This document shows, piece after piece, positions 29,995 through 36,678 of a DNA stretch of 64,000 bases. The DNA lies in assembly GCA_029781535.1 (NCBI GenBank), contig JAKOWL010000214.1, positions 5,550 to 69,549 on the forward strand. The letters are read 5' to 3'. The position numbers were made by a program, and so were the translations under genes. The notes under the pieces are model-generated. The model had not been told where the DNA came from. It was given only the letters and a program-made list of their open reading frames with translations, and made no database searches. The stretch's first letter is position 1; every line of letters begins with the position of its first letter. The stretch comes from Pseudomonadota bacterium. GTDB taxonomy: Bacteria > Pseudomonadota > Gammaproteobacteria > Burkholderiales > Methylophilaceae.

Positions 29995-31680
29995 TTAATG
30001 TTCAGGATGTTCCAGCTTAAGCACAGCTTGTGCGAAGAGGCTGCGCCATTGCGAGGCGAGGGTGGTGACATCGCTTTGGCTGTTAAGTTTACCTTCATGC
30101 AGACTATAACGCGCAGCCGTGTCGTTGGGTAGACCAATTTGCGCAATCAAAGTTGGTAACTGTTCGGCAATGTTCCTGGCATCAGCTAATGCGGCTTCAG
30201 CATATTCGGTATGGTTGTCGGCATATAGCCAGCTTATCACGAGCATGTCGGTGAATAATCCCCAGATGCCGCTTTGTGTGCCATGGATGAACTCGATGCT
30301 GTTAGGGGTGCGGCTGCAGAGCTCTATGGCGCGTCTCAGTTTCTTCAATGTGCCGTCATCCAAGGCTTCCTGGCTTTCAATCAAGATAGGCATGATCAGT
30401 GCTGCGGATGTTGTATCGCCGGATTTGACGCCAAAGGCTAACCAGCGTTGCAGGGCGCGGTCATTCGCCAATGCGTAAATCTTGGCAATCCCGAAGAATG
30501 CGACCGCCCATGCAATGGGGGCAGTCAGGTCGAAATAGGTATTGCTCAGGTTGATTCCGGCATATGAAAGCACCAGCATGCCGATTTGGCTGCTAGTAAA
30601 GATGGTGTTGAAGCGGTCTCGGTCGACATTGAAATAAAACGCCAACGTGGCTGCCCATATCAGTAGCAAACTCATTAAGATATAAGGAATTTTTCCTCGC
30701 CAAACTTTCAGGTAGTCGCGATGTTTCACATTGTCGATCGCAGTGGCCAGAATCTCCACGCCCGGGAATTGTTTATCCATCGCTGTAGGCTTGATATCAA
30801 AAAGCCCAGGTGCGGTAGAACCGATGATCACGATTTTGTTGCTGAACTCGTTTTGTGGACGCTTTTTGACTTTGCTGCTCAAATCAGTAAACACGTCGCT
30901 AAAGGTAACGTAGTTGTAGCTGAACGGTTTGCCACGCCAGTTGATCAGCATGTTCTGTGGCAAGGGAAGGCTGTTCATCTGAGTGAATTCGCCCACCTCC
31001 AAAGGTAATGATGGTAATTCCCAGCCAGCATTTTCATGCCAAAGCCGATATTCACGCACGATGCCGTCGTTGTCTGGATATACATTATGTGTACCGATAC
31101 GATGAGGGCGTAATGCGGCTTTGAAATAGGGGAGTACAGCGGCCAACGTAGCATTCTTGTCTGCATCTGACCCAGGTTGCAGGCCAGGAATCTGGGTATA
31201 TTTCAGTCTGCTTAGCTTGTCCTGCGAGGCGTCCAATCGCAGAATCGGGAAAAAGCAGTTGTCGCAGGAGCTAATTACCTCGTTGAAATAAGCATCACTA
31301 TCTTCATTGTAGATATCGGCGTCACTGAACACGATATCGAATACGATGGCTTTTGGATTTTGCGCTTGTATATTCTCGACGAACTCTCCCAGAACCTGTC
31401 GCGGCCACGGCCAGCGTCCATAATCTTTAGCCATGTCTGCCAGACTGGCCTCGTTAATGTCGACAATAACTATGTCAGGATCGGCTTTTGGGGTTAACAC
31501 ACGATGTTTGACCATGAAGTCAAACGCCTTGTCGCGCATATTGATGCCGATATGAAAAACACCCGCATCCAGTAATACAAGTAAAGTAAAAAATGTCGCC
31601 AGATATATATAGAAATTGTTCTTAAGCTTGCGCGTAAGGTTAGCCAGCCATTGGCCAATGATGAGTTTAAGTTTGGTCAT
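29995..31680 (-). CDS. CHASE2 sensor-domain membrane protein with a short uncharacterised cytoplasmic C-terminal domain
   Basis: 561 aa: N-terminal TM, an approximately 300-aa periplasmic CHASE2-like region (VIVDINEASL..., VIIGSTAPGLFD), three TM helices, then about 165 aa with no kinase, GGDEF or intact cyclase motifs. Confidence 0.8.
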   Translation of the reverse strand: MTKLKLIIGQWLANLTRKLKNNFYIYLATFFTLLVLLDAGVFHIGINMRDKAFDFMVKHRVLTPKADPDIVIVDINEASLADMAKDYGRWPWPRQVLGEFVENIQAQNPKAIVFDIVFSDADIYNEDSDAYFNEVISSCDNCFFPILRLDASQDKLSRLKYTQIPGLQPGSDADKNATLAAVLPYFKAALRPHRIGTHNVYPDNDGIVREYRLWHENAGWELPSLPLEVGEFTQMNSLPLPQNMLINWRGKPFSYNYVTFSDVFTDLSSKVKKRPQNEFSNKIVIIGSTAPGLFDIKPTAMDKQFPGVEILATAIDNVKHRDYLKVWRGKIPYILMSLLLIWAATLAFYFNVDRDRFNTIFTSSQIGMLVLSYAGINLSNTYFDLTAPIAWAVAFFGIAKIYALANDRALQRWLAFGVKSGDTTSAALIMPILIESQEALDDGTLKKLRRAIELCSRTPNSIEFIHGTQSGIWGLFTDMLVISWLYADNHTEYAEAALADARNIAEQLPTLIAQIGLPNDTAARYSLHEGKLNSQSDVTTLASQWRSLFAQAVLKLEHPEH

Positions 31681-31726
31681 AGTGTTATATTCTATGACAC
31701 AAATGTGGAATGTTTAAATATACCCT

Positions 31727-32449
31727 TTATGGAGATGGCTGCCGATATTTCAGGAATATATCTTTAATCCAGCCACAGAGGTAACAATTCGTACCATTTT
31801 GGCTTGTTGCGATTGAAAATACGTACCAAAGAATAAAACTGACCGTTATCATTTCCCCGCCATCTTCAATGATGCCAAACAAGAACTTTATTTTACGATT
31901 GAAGCTGAAGATGGAATGTAGCATGTCGACAGCAATTCCAAAGCCAGCCAAAATGAATACCAGGAGCGCAAGGTCGTGAGATGTACTTTTGAAAGTGTCA
32001 GTCCCTTTCCTGTATGCCAGCATAAGCGGTATTGATAAAGCGCTGCCTACGGTTGCTGAAATGGTGAGTTCACCAAAATCCTCAGGTCTAAGTCCCATAT
32101 AAGACTGAAATTGCAAGCTTTTTGATAGCGCAAGACCTGCTAACTCATGTATCTGCACAGAATCATCGGCCAAAAAATAAGCAAAGAGGATAAACCAGGC
32201 TGAATAATGCCAAGTGTCGTCCCTGATTTGGATGTAAATCAATAACAAACAAATCCAGAACAACTTCATGTATCCATAGAATTCCGAATAGCTATGATCA
32301 AATTCGATACTGTAGATGGGGATGTGATGCAAGAATGCGTTTACGATGTGGATAATGATATAAGCGGCATCTCCGCTCAGCAGCAAAGTCAAGAGCGCTA
32401 ACGCACCGCGATCATCCAAACACCCAGTGGTTGTCTTTCCCCTTGCCAT
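31727..32449 (-). CDS. Hypothetical polytopic membrane protein (AT-rich gene)
   Basis: 240-aa ORF with about 6 hydrophobic helices and no recognisable family motifs. Confidence 0.6.
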   Translation of the reverse strand: MARGKTTTGCLDDRGALALLTLLLSGDAAYIIIHIVNAFLHHIPIYSIEFDHSYSEFYGYMKLFWICLLLIYIQIRDDTWHYSAWFILFAYFLADDSVQIHELAGLALSKSLQFQSYMGLRPEDFGELTISATVGSALSIPLMLAYRKGTDTFKSTSHDLALLVFILAGFGIAVDMLHSIFSFNRKIKFLFGIIEDGGEMITVSFILWYVFSIATSQNGTNCYLCGWIKDIFLKYRQPSP

Positions 32450-32699
32450 TTCGATTCCCGCCGTTTCAGATTTTGAATCTAACCGCGCTCGATTTGTGTC
32501 GGCAAAGTAATCTGCCGAATTTTATTTTTATTGTTTTAAAGAATACTCTAGCATAGCTACCAACTATTGATATAGTCAGATCGGGCTAGTCGGACTGGGG
32601 CTTTGCGAGTAAGGTATATACGGTTTTTGACAATGCACTACCTAGCATCGTATGCTGCGGCTAGCCCGGATGTGTGTCATCACTATTATTGGATGTTTA

Positions 32700-33470
32700 T
32701 CATGGTGCCCGCTTGCAATGCATTTCATGTGCATTGTAGCCCCAAGTGATCAAAGCTTCACTTCCATGCAACAAAAAGATCTCATTGCGGCCTTGGTATC
32801 TGGTTTCCTTAGTGCTGGGCTCCAGGTACATCAACGATGTGGTGTCTCCGCGTTCGGCAATCAGCGTTGGAGGATCTGTCATGAAGAAGGTCGTAATGAC
32901 TTCATTGGCTGGGTTGCCATCACAGGTGTAACGGGCCGGGCCATCGCTGAGGACAAGACGATAGGTAGCCTGTAGTTCAGCGATGCGGCGCACATACTCG
33001 CGCTTGACACATCCGCGTTTATCGCTATCTTTCCAGCATTCGTCTCGTCCTTTGATCCAGCCTCTCTGCATCGCTTTGAGTACCGGCGGACGTTCGTTCA
33101 CCGCTTTCTTGGATGCGCTGGCATAGACGTCTGCGAGTTTTCGGTCGAGAGCCGATAGTTCCTCGTCGCCGCAGACCATTGCATCGATGCTTCCAGTCTT
33201 GGCTTTGCTGCAGTCAAACGAAGGGCCTGTCATTTTTGCCGATTTGCCAGAACCTGCGCTTGCTGTAGAGGAGTTGTTGGCAGGTGCATTAGAAACAAAA
33301 CCGGCCTTGGCATTTTCTTCTTTGGTCTTGGTAATGTCACAGCCTTGCGCCTCTGAAACTTGCGTACAGCCGGAACGCTCGAGTTGTTGCCTATATTTTG
33401 CGTTGATCGCATAGGCGGAATTGTGTGCTAACAGAACAACACCTGCAGCAATAATCAATTTTGTCTTCAT
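32700..33470 (-). CDS. Secreted LprI (DUF1311) + MliC two-domain protein, putative lysozyme inhibitor
   Basis: Signal peptide (MKTKLIIAAGVVLLAHNSAYA), a DUF1311-like helix pair (LDRKLADVYASASKK...MQRGWIKGRDECW), and a C-terminal MliC-like beta domain (YTCDGN...VITTFF). Confidence 0.75.
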   Translation of the reverse strand: MKTKLIIAAGVVLLAHNSAYAINAKYRQQLERSGCTQVSEAQGCDITKTKEENAKAGFVSNAPANNSSTASAGSGKSAKMTGPSFDCSKAKTGSIDAMVCGDEELSALDRKLADVYASASKKAVNERPPVLKAMQRGWIKGRDECWKDSDKRGCVKREYVRRIAELQATYRLVLSDGPARYTCDGNPANEVITTFFMTDPPTLIAERGDTTSLMYLEPSTKETRYQGRNEIFLLHGSEALITWGYNAHEMHCKRAP

Positions 33471-33585
33471 ATTGTTGTGGCCTTTCTAAAGAATGGTAGT
33501 TTAGATAAATTAAATGGATTTAATTTAAAGTGCAATACTTAAATGTTTATGCCAACAAATCATGTGAGTGGCGAACTGAGGATAG

Positions 33586-34113
33586 TTAGCCATGCTTTTT
33601 TAATGCCAGTATCCTGAGGAGCTTTTTGCTGCGCGCCTTCATGGCGAGAGTACCGATAATGGAAAGCTCTTCGATGTGTTGTTTAATCTCGGGTAGAAAA
33701 CGGTGGCTACGGAGTGCAATGTCAGCTAAGGCTTGCATGGACATGGTTTTTACGATGCTGCTGCGGTCGTTAGTGTAGCTAAGCAGCAAATTCACTACGG
33801 TAGTTTCTTCGACATCTGTCAAAGGCAAGCGAGCCAGCATTGGGGCAACATGCCAGCGGACTTCTTGTTGTTCAACCTTCGTGAGGCGATTCAATATGGT
33901 TTCCTTGAAAGGAACCAGAAGGTCGGGACGCTTGACCGTGATTTTCTCGATTGCGTCAGCACAGCGCATACGCAGTACTGGATCGGAGGTTTCAATTCCC
34001 TGAAATAGAACACCGATTAACTCAGGATTTTCAAGAACGGCTGATGCCGCACGGTTTGATTCTCCAACGGAACGCCGATCACCTCCAGCGAGAATCTTCA
34101 GTAACGGGTGCAT
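33586..34113 (-). CDS. Array-terminal cassette-like ORF: small all-helical HEAT/ARM-repeat-like protein, function unknown
   Basis: 175 aa. The ATG lies 7 nt after the attC core GTTAGGC. Repeat-like amphipathic helices. No canonical attC downstream. Confidence 0.7.
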   Translation of the reverse strand: MHPLLKILAGGDRRSVGESNRAASAVLENPELIGVLFQGIETSDPVLRMRCADAIEKITVKRPDLLVPFKETILNRLTKVEQQEVRWHVAPMLARLPLTDVEETTVVNLLLSYTNDRSSIVKTMSMQALADIALRSHRFLPEIKQHIEELSIIGTLAMKARSKKLLRILALKKHG

Positions 34114-34120
34114 TGGTAAT

Positions 34121-34178
34121 GCCTAACGTTTGAATTAAGGGGCGCCGTTAGGCGTCCCGCTTGATGGATGGGTTGGGC
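34121..34178 (-). repeat. attC recombination site (58 bp): R'' GCCCAAC ... R' GTTAGGC read on the minus strand
   Basis: Read on the minus strand: GCCCAAC-CCATCCATCAAGCGGGACGCC...GGCGCCCCTTAATTCAAAC-GTTAGGC. It starts 4 nt after the stop of the upstream cassette ORF. Confidence 0.85.
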
Positions 34179-34182
34179 ATCA

Positions 34183-34698
34183 CTATTTACCTTTGGCCTG
34201 ACTAACTTTACTTAGGGCAAGTGCGCGCACGGAATCTAGGCAGCCTGCCGCTTTGAGTTGGGCGAGAGGAATGCAGTGAGCACGAGCTGGAGCAATGAAG
34301 AAAAACATAAAACTACCTGACTCAGCTACCTTTTGAACCGCAGCCCATTTTATGGACATTGTGAAAGCCTCCCCGGAGGCGTGAATACCTTCCGGGCCGA
34401 ATGAATAAATAAATGGCCCTTGTGCAAGAGGATTGCGGCGGCGAGCAAGAAAAAGAGAAAGTACAGTAACCAGTGGCGTAAAAAAGAAACAGAGCAGTAA
34501 CAGTCCAATGTTGCCCAATGTTATTGGGTGATTGTGAGTAAGCCAAAGGTATAGCAAAAAAAGACCGGTAACGGGAAACACGGAGGAGATAACGAGCTGG
34601 AACGGCGAGCGAAGAATAACCTGCAAGGTTGCACGGTATGCTGTCCAGAAAGGAAATGAAATTGGCGCTGTAATTTGTTCTTGCATCAAACTCTCCAT
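34183..34698 (-). CDS. Integron cassette ORF: YcxB-like membrane protein (two N-terminal TM helices plus a small C-terminal domain)
   Basis: 171 aa from ATG 34698. The track start 34707 is a TTG inside the attC core. Bounded on both sides by attC sites. Confidence 0.75.
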   Translation of the reverse strand: MESLMQEQITAPISFPFWTAYRATLQVILRSPFQLVISSVFPVTGLFLLYLWLTHNHPITLGNIGLLLLCFFFTPLVTVLSLFLARRRNPLAQGPFIYSFGPEGIHASGEAFTMSIKWAAVQKVAESGSFMFFFIAPARAHCIPLAQLKAAGCLDSVRALALSKVSQAKGK

Positions 34699-34701
34699 AA
34701 T

Positions 34702-34774
34702 GCCCAACGTTGGACATGAGGGGCGCGCAAAAAGCGCAGCTTTTGGGGCGTCCCGCTCGATGGACTAGTTAGAG
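34702..34774 (-). repeat. attC recombination site (73 bp): R'' CTCTAAC ... R' GTTGGGC read on the minus strand
   Basis: Shares TCCATCRAGCGGGACGCC and GCGCCCCT blocks and both core sites with the 34121-34178 site. R'' overlaps the stop codon of cassette ORF 1. Confidence 0.85.
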
Positions 34775-35283
34775 CGGAATACATTTTTGACCACCTCCTT
34801 GGCTGGCTCTAAGTAGTCAAGAAGCTGCAACACAGTGAGCAGCGATGCCAATGCCGTAATGATGTAGATGACTCCCTTGATTACGCGGCCAGCTAACGAT
34901 TCTTCGGCCTTTTGGCGATTGAAGCCAGCACGACCGATAAGTACAAAAGGAATTCGAGCCACCAAGTCGAAGACGAGACCTACATAGAAAAATGGATTGA
35001 TTGCCCGTCGGAATGCTGGACCAGCGTTGTTTTCGTAGATGCCGATTGCGCGATCTATGAAATCGAGGAGGTTGTTAGGTGCTATGTGAAAGCGATGCAA
35101 ATTGAAAATGTTTTGAACAAGGTCGATGTTCTGGATATACCCACCAACTGCTGGCGGCGGTGTGTACTGGATTGATGGGTTAACGCCTGCATACAAAATG
35201 ATGTCGTGAATTCCATCCATCATTCGATTGATTTTGACTCTGGCTTCTTCGGCCTTCGGTTGTTCAATTCGTTCATCAACCAT
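34765..35283 (-). CDS. Integron cassette ORF (first cassette): hypothetical protein with two C-terminal TM helices
   Basis: 172 aa, no recognisable family. Lies between the candidate attI and the first attC. Confidence 0.7.
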   Translation of the reverse strand: MVDERIEQPKAEEARVKINRMMDGIHDIILYAGVNPSIQYTPPPAVGGYIQNIDLVQNIFNLHRFHIAPNNLLDFIDRAIGIYENNAGPAFRRAINPFFYVGLVFDLVARIPFVLIGRAGFNRQKAEESLAGRVIKGVIYIITALASLLTVLQLLDYLEPAKEVVKNVFRSN

Positions 35284-35399
35284 TCATTCGGCACGGCTGT
35301 TGTTGAAGTACTCAATTACTAGAACCCGAAATTCAGCAAGCCTGTTGAGGCGGCTGTTATTCTCCCAAGGCAATATCTTTGTGTAGTAGGTCATCTAGG

Positions 35400-35433
35400 C
35401 GTTGTTGGTGATTGGCTCTAACGTAAAGTAGGC
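35400..35433 (-). other. Candidate attI region, with putative crossover core GTTAGAG at the reverse complement of 35416-35422
   Basis: The only GTTRRRY-type core between the candidate Pc and the first cassette ORF. No experimental or comparative support. Confidence 0.35.
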
Positions 35434-35462
35434 ATCCTAATTGACGGAAAGTTTTCCGTCAA
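35434..35462 (-). promoter_or_regulatory. Candidate cassette promoter Pc: TTGACG-N17-TAGGAT on the minus strand
   Basis: -35 is the reverse complement of 35457-35462 and -10 is the reverse complement of 35434-35439, with an exact 17-nt spacer. It fires toward the candidate attI and the cassettes. Confidence 0.45.
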
Positions 35463-35544
35463 AGGTGCTTTTTTTGTTGTAAAAATGTAAATAATTCTTA
35501 ATGTTTTCATATGGTTAATTATTTTTAGTACATCCTAAAACATT

Positions 35545-36543
35545 ATGGCTGATACATCAAATTTCGGGTCGCCTAAATTGCTGGATATCGTGCGCGGTAA
35601 AATCCGTTTAAAGCACTATAGTATTCGCACCGAGCAGGCTTATGTAGATTGGATTAAACGCTATATTCTACATTTTGACAAGACACACCCTAGGGATTTG
35701 GGTGCAGCAGATGTGGAGGCGTTTTTGACGTATTTGGCGGTGCAGAGCAAGGTCTCTGCCAGCACGCAGAATCAGGCCAAAAGTGCTTTGTTGTTTTTGT
35801 ATAAAGAGGTGCTGGGCATTGAGTTGCCTTGGCTGGATAAGGTGCAAAAGGCCAAAGCACCCAAACGCTTGCCTGTGGTGCTGGCTAAGGATGAGGTGGC
35901 ACGCATTCTCAATCGTCTGGAAGGTACTAATTATTTGGTGGTGAGTTTGCTTTATGGCACTGGTATGCGTATTTTGGAGGTGTTGCGCCTGCGGGTGAAG
36001 GATATTGATTTTTCCCGCAAGGAGATTTTGATCCGCGATGGCAAGGGCTTTAAAGATAGGGTGACGATGTTGCCGGTTTCGCTGGTCAAGCCTTTGCAGG
36101 CGCATATGGAGAAAGTTAAAGGCCTGCATGAGGCAGATTTGGCCAATGGGTTCGGTGAGGTGTATTTGCCTAACGCATTGGAGAAAAAGTATCCTTATGC
36201 CGCGCGTGACTGGGCTTGGCAGTACGTATTTCCATCTGCCAGATTGTCGGTTGATCCGCGCGGTGGTGGAACTCGGCGGCATCATGTGCAGGATCAGGCG
36301 ATTCAGCGCGCTGTGCGGCAGACAGTGGTGGATGCAGGCATAACCAAGCCTGTCACACCACACACTTTTCGCCATAGCTTTGCCACCCATTTGCTAGAGA
36401 GCGGGTACGATATTCGCACCGTGCAGGAGTTGCTGGGGCACAGTGATGTGAGTACGACGATGATTTACACACATGTGCTGAATAAGGGCGGCAGGGCTGT
36501 TGCCAGCCCGCTGGATGTTATCGGCACATTAGGGGTGATCTGA
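35545..36543 (+). CDS. intI: Integron integrase (tyrosine recombinase, IntI family)
   Basis: 332 aa with catalytic R (GMRILE), HxxR ([12 protein letters not shown]), H and Y ([14 protein letters not shown]). Carries the IntI-specific insertion [38 protein letters not shown]. Confidence 0.92.
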   Translation: MADTSNFGSPKLLDIVRGKIRLKHYSIRTEQAYVDWIKRYILHFDKTHPRDLGAADVEAFLTYLAVQSKVSASTQNQAKSALLFLYKEVLGIELPWLDKVQKAKAPKRLPVVLAKDEVARILNRLEGTNYLVVSLLYGTGMRILEVLRLRVKDIDFSRKEILIRDGKGFKDRVTMLPVSLVKPLQAHMEKVKGLHEADLANGFGEVYLPNALEKKYPYAARDWAWQYVFPSARLSVDPRGGGTRRHHVQDQAIQRAVRQTVVDAGITKPVTPHTFRHSFATHLLESGYDIRTVQELLGHSDVSTTMIYTHVLNKGGRAVASPLDVIGTLGVI

Positions 36544-36678
36544 AGCTGCAAGAAAAATCATGAACGCTCGTCATGGCATGTAAATGCGCTTACAAAATGT
36601 TGACTCGAGCGCGCACTAATATTCAGGAACGTATAATAAACTGCCTGTTTGCTATCATTGCTCGGTTATAATTCTTTC

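Larger units (their letters stand above)
33550..36543. mobile_element. Chromosomal integron: intI, candidate Pc/attI, and a leftward cassette array with at least 2 attC-bounded cassettes plus one terminal gene
   Basis: Intact IntI-type recombinase divergent from short ORFs that are separated by two homologous RYYYAAC...GTTRRRY imperfect palindromes. The left boundary is uncertain. Confidence 0.85.

Noticed and set aside
32652-32975. 107-aa plus-strand ORF preceded by TTGACA-N18-TATGCT
   Set aside because: The ORF start lies inside the -10 element. The frame is fully antisense to the well-supported LprI/MliC gene, and the translation is Cys/Trp-rich with no motifs. The promoter-like element is kept only as a low-interest note.
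33550-33591. Possible third attC after the terminal cassette-like ORF
   Set aside because: I do not call it as a feature. Only about 42 bp separate the two core-like heptamers, the cores deviate from RYYYAAC/GTTRRRY, and the conserved internal blocks of the two good attC sites are absent.
35284-35544. Searched the intI/cassette intergenic region for a LexA box (CTG-N10-CAG), as found in many integrons
   Set aside because: No match was found. The nearest strings (ctgttgttgaagtact, ctgttgaggcggctgt) fail the right half-site, so I make no SOS-regulation claim.
35668-36390. 240-aa minus-strand ORF inside intI
   Set aside because: It is antisense to an intact integron integrase with all catalytic residues. 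Its translation is His/Gln/Arg-rich with no domain signature.
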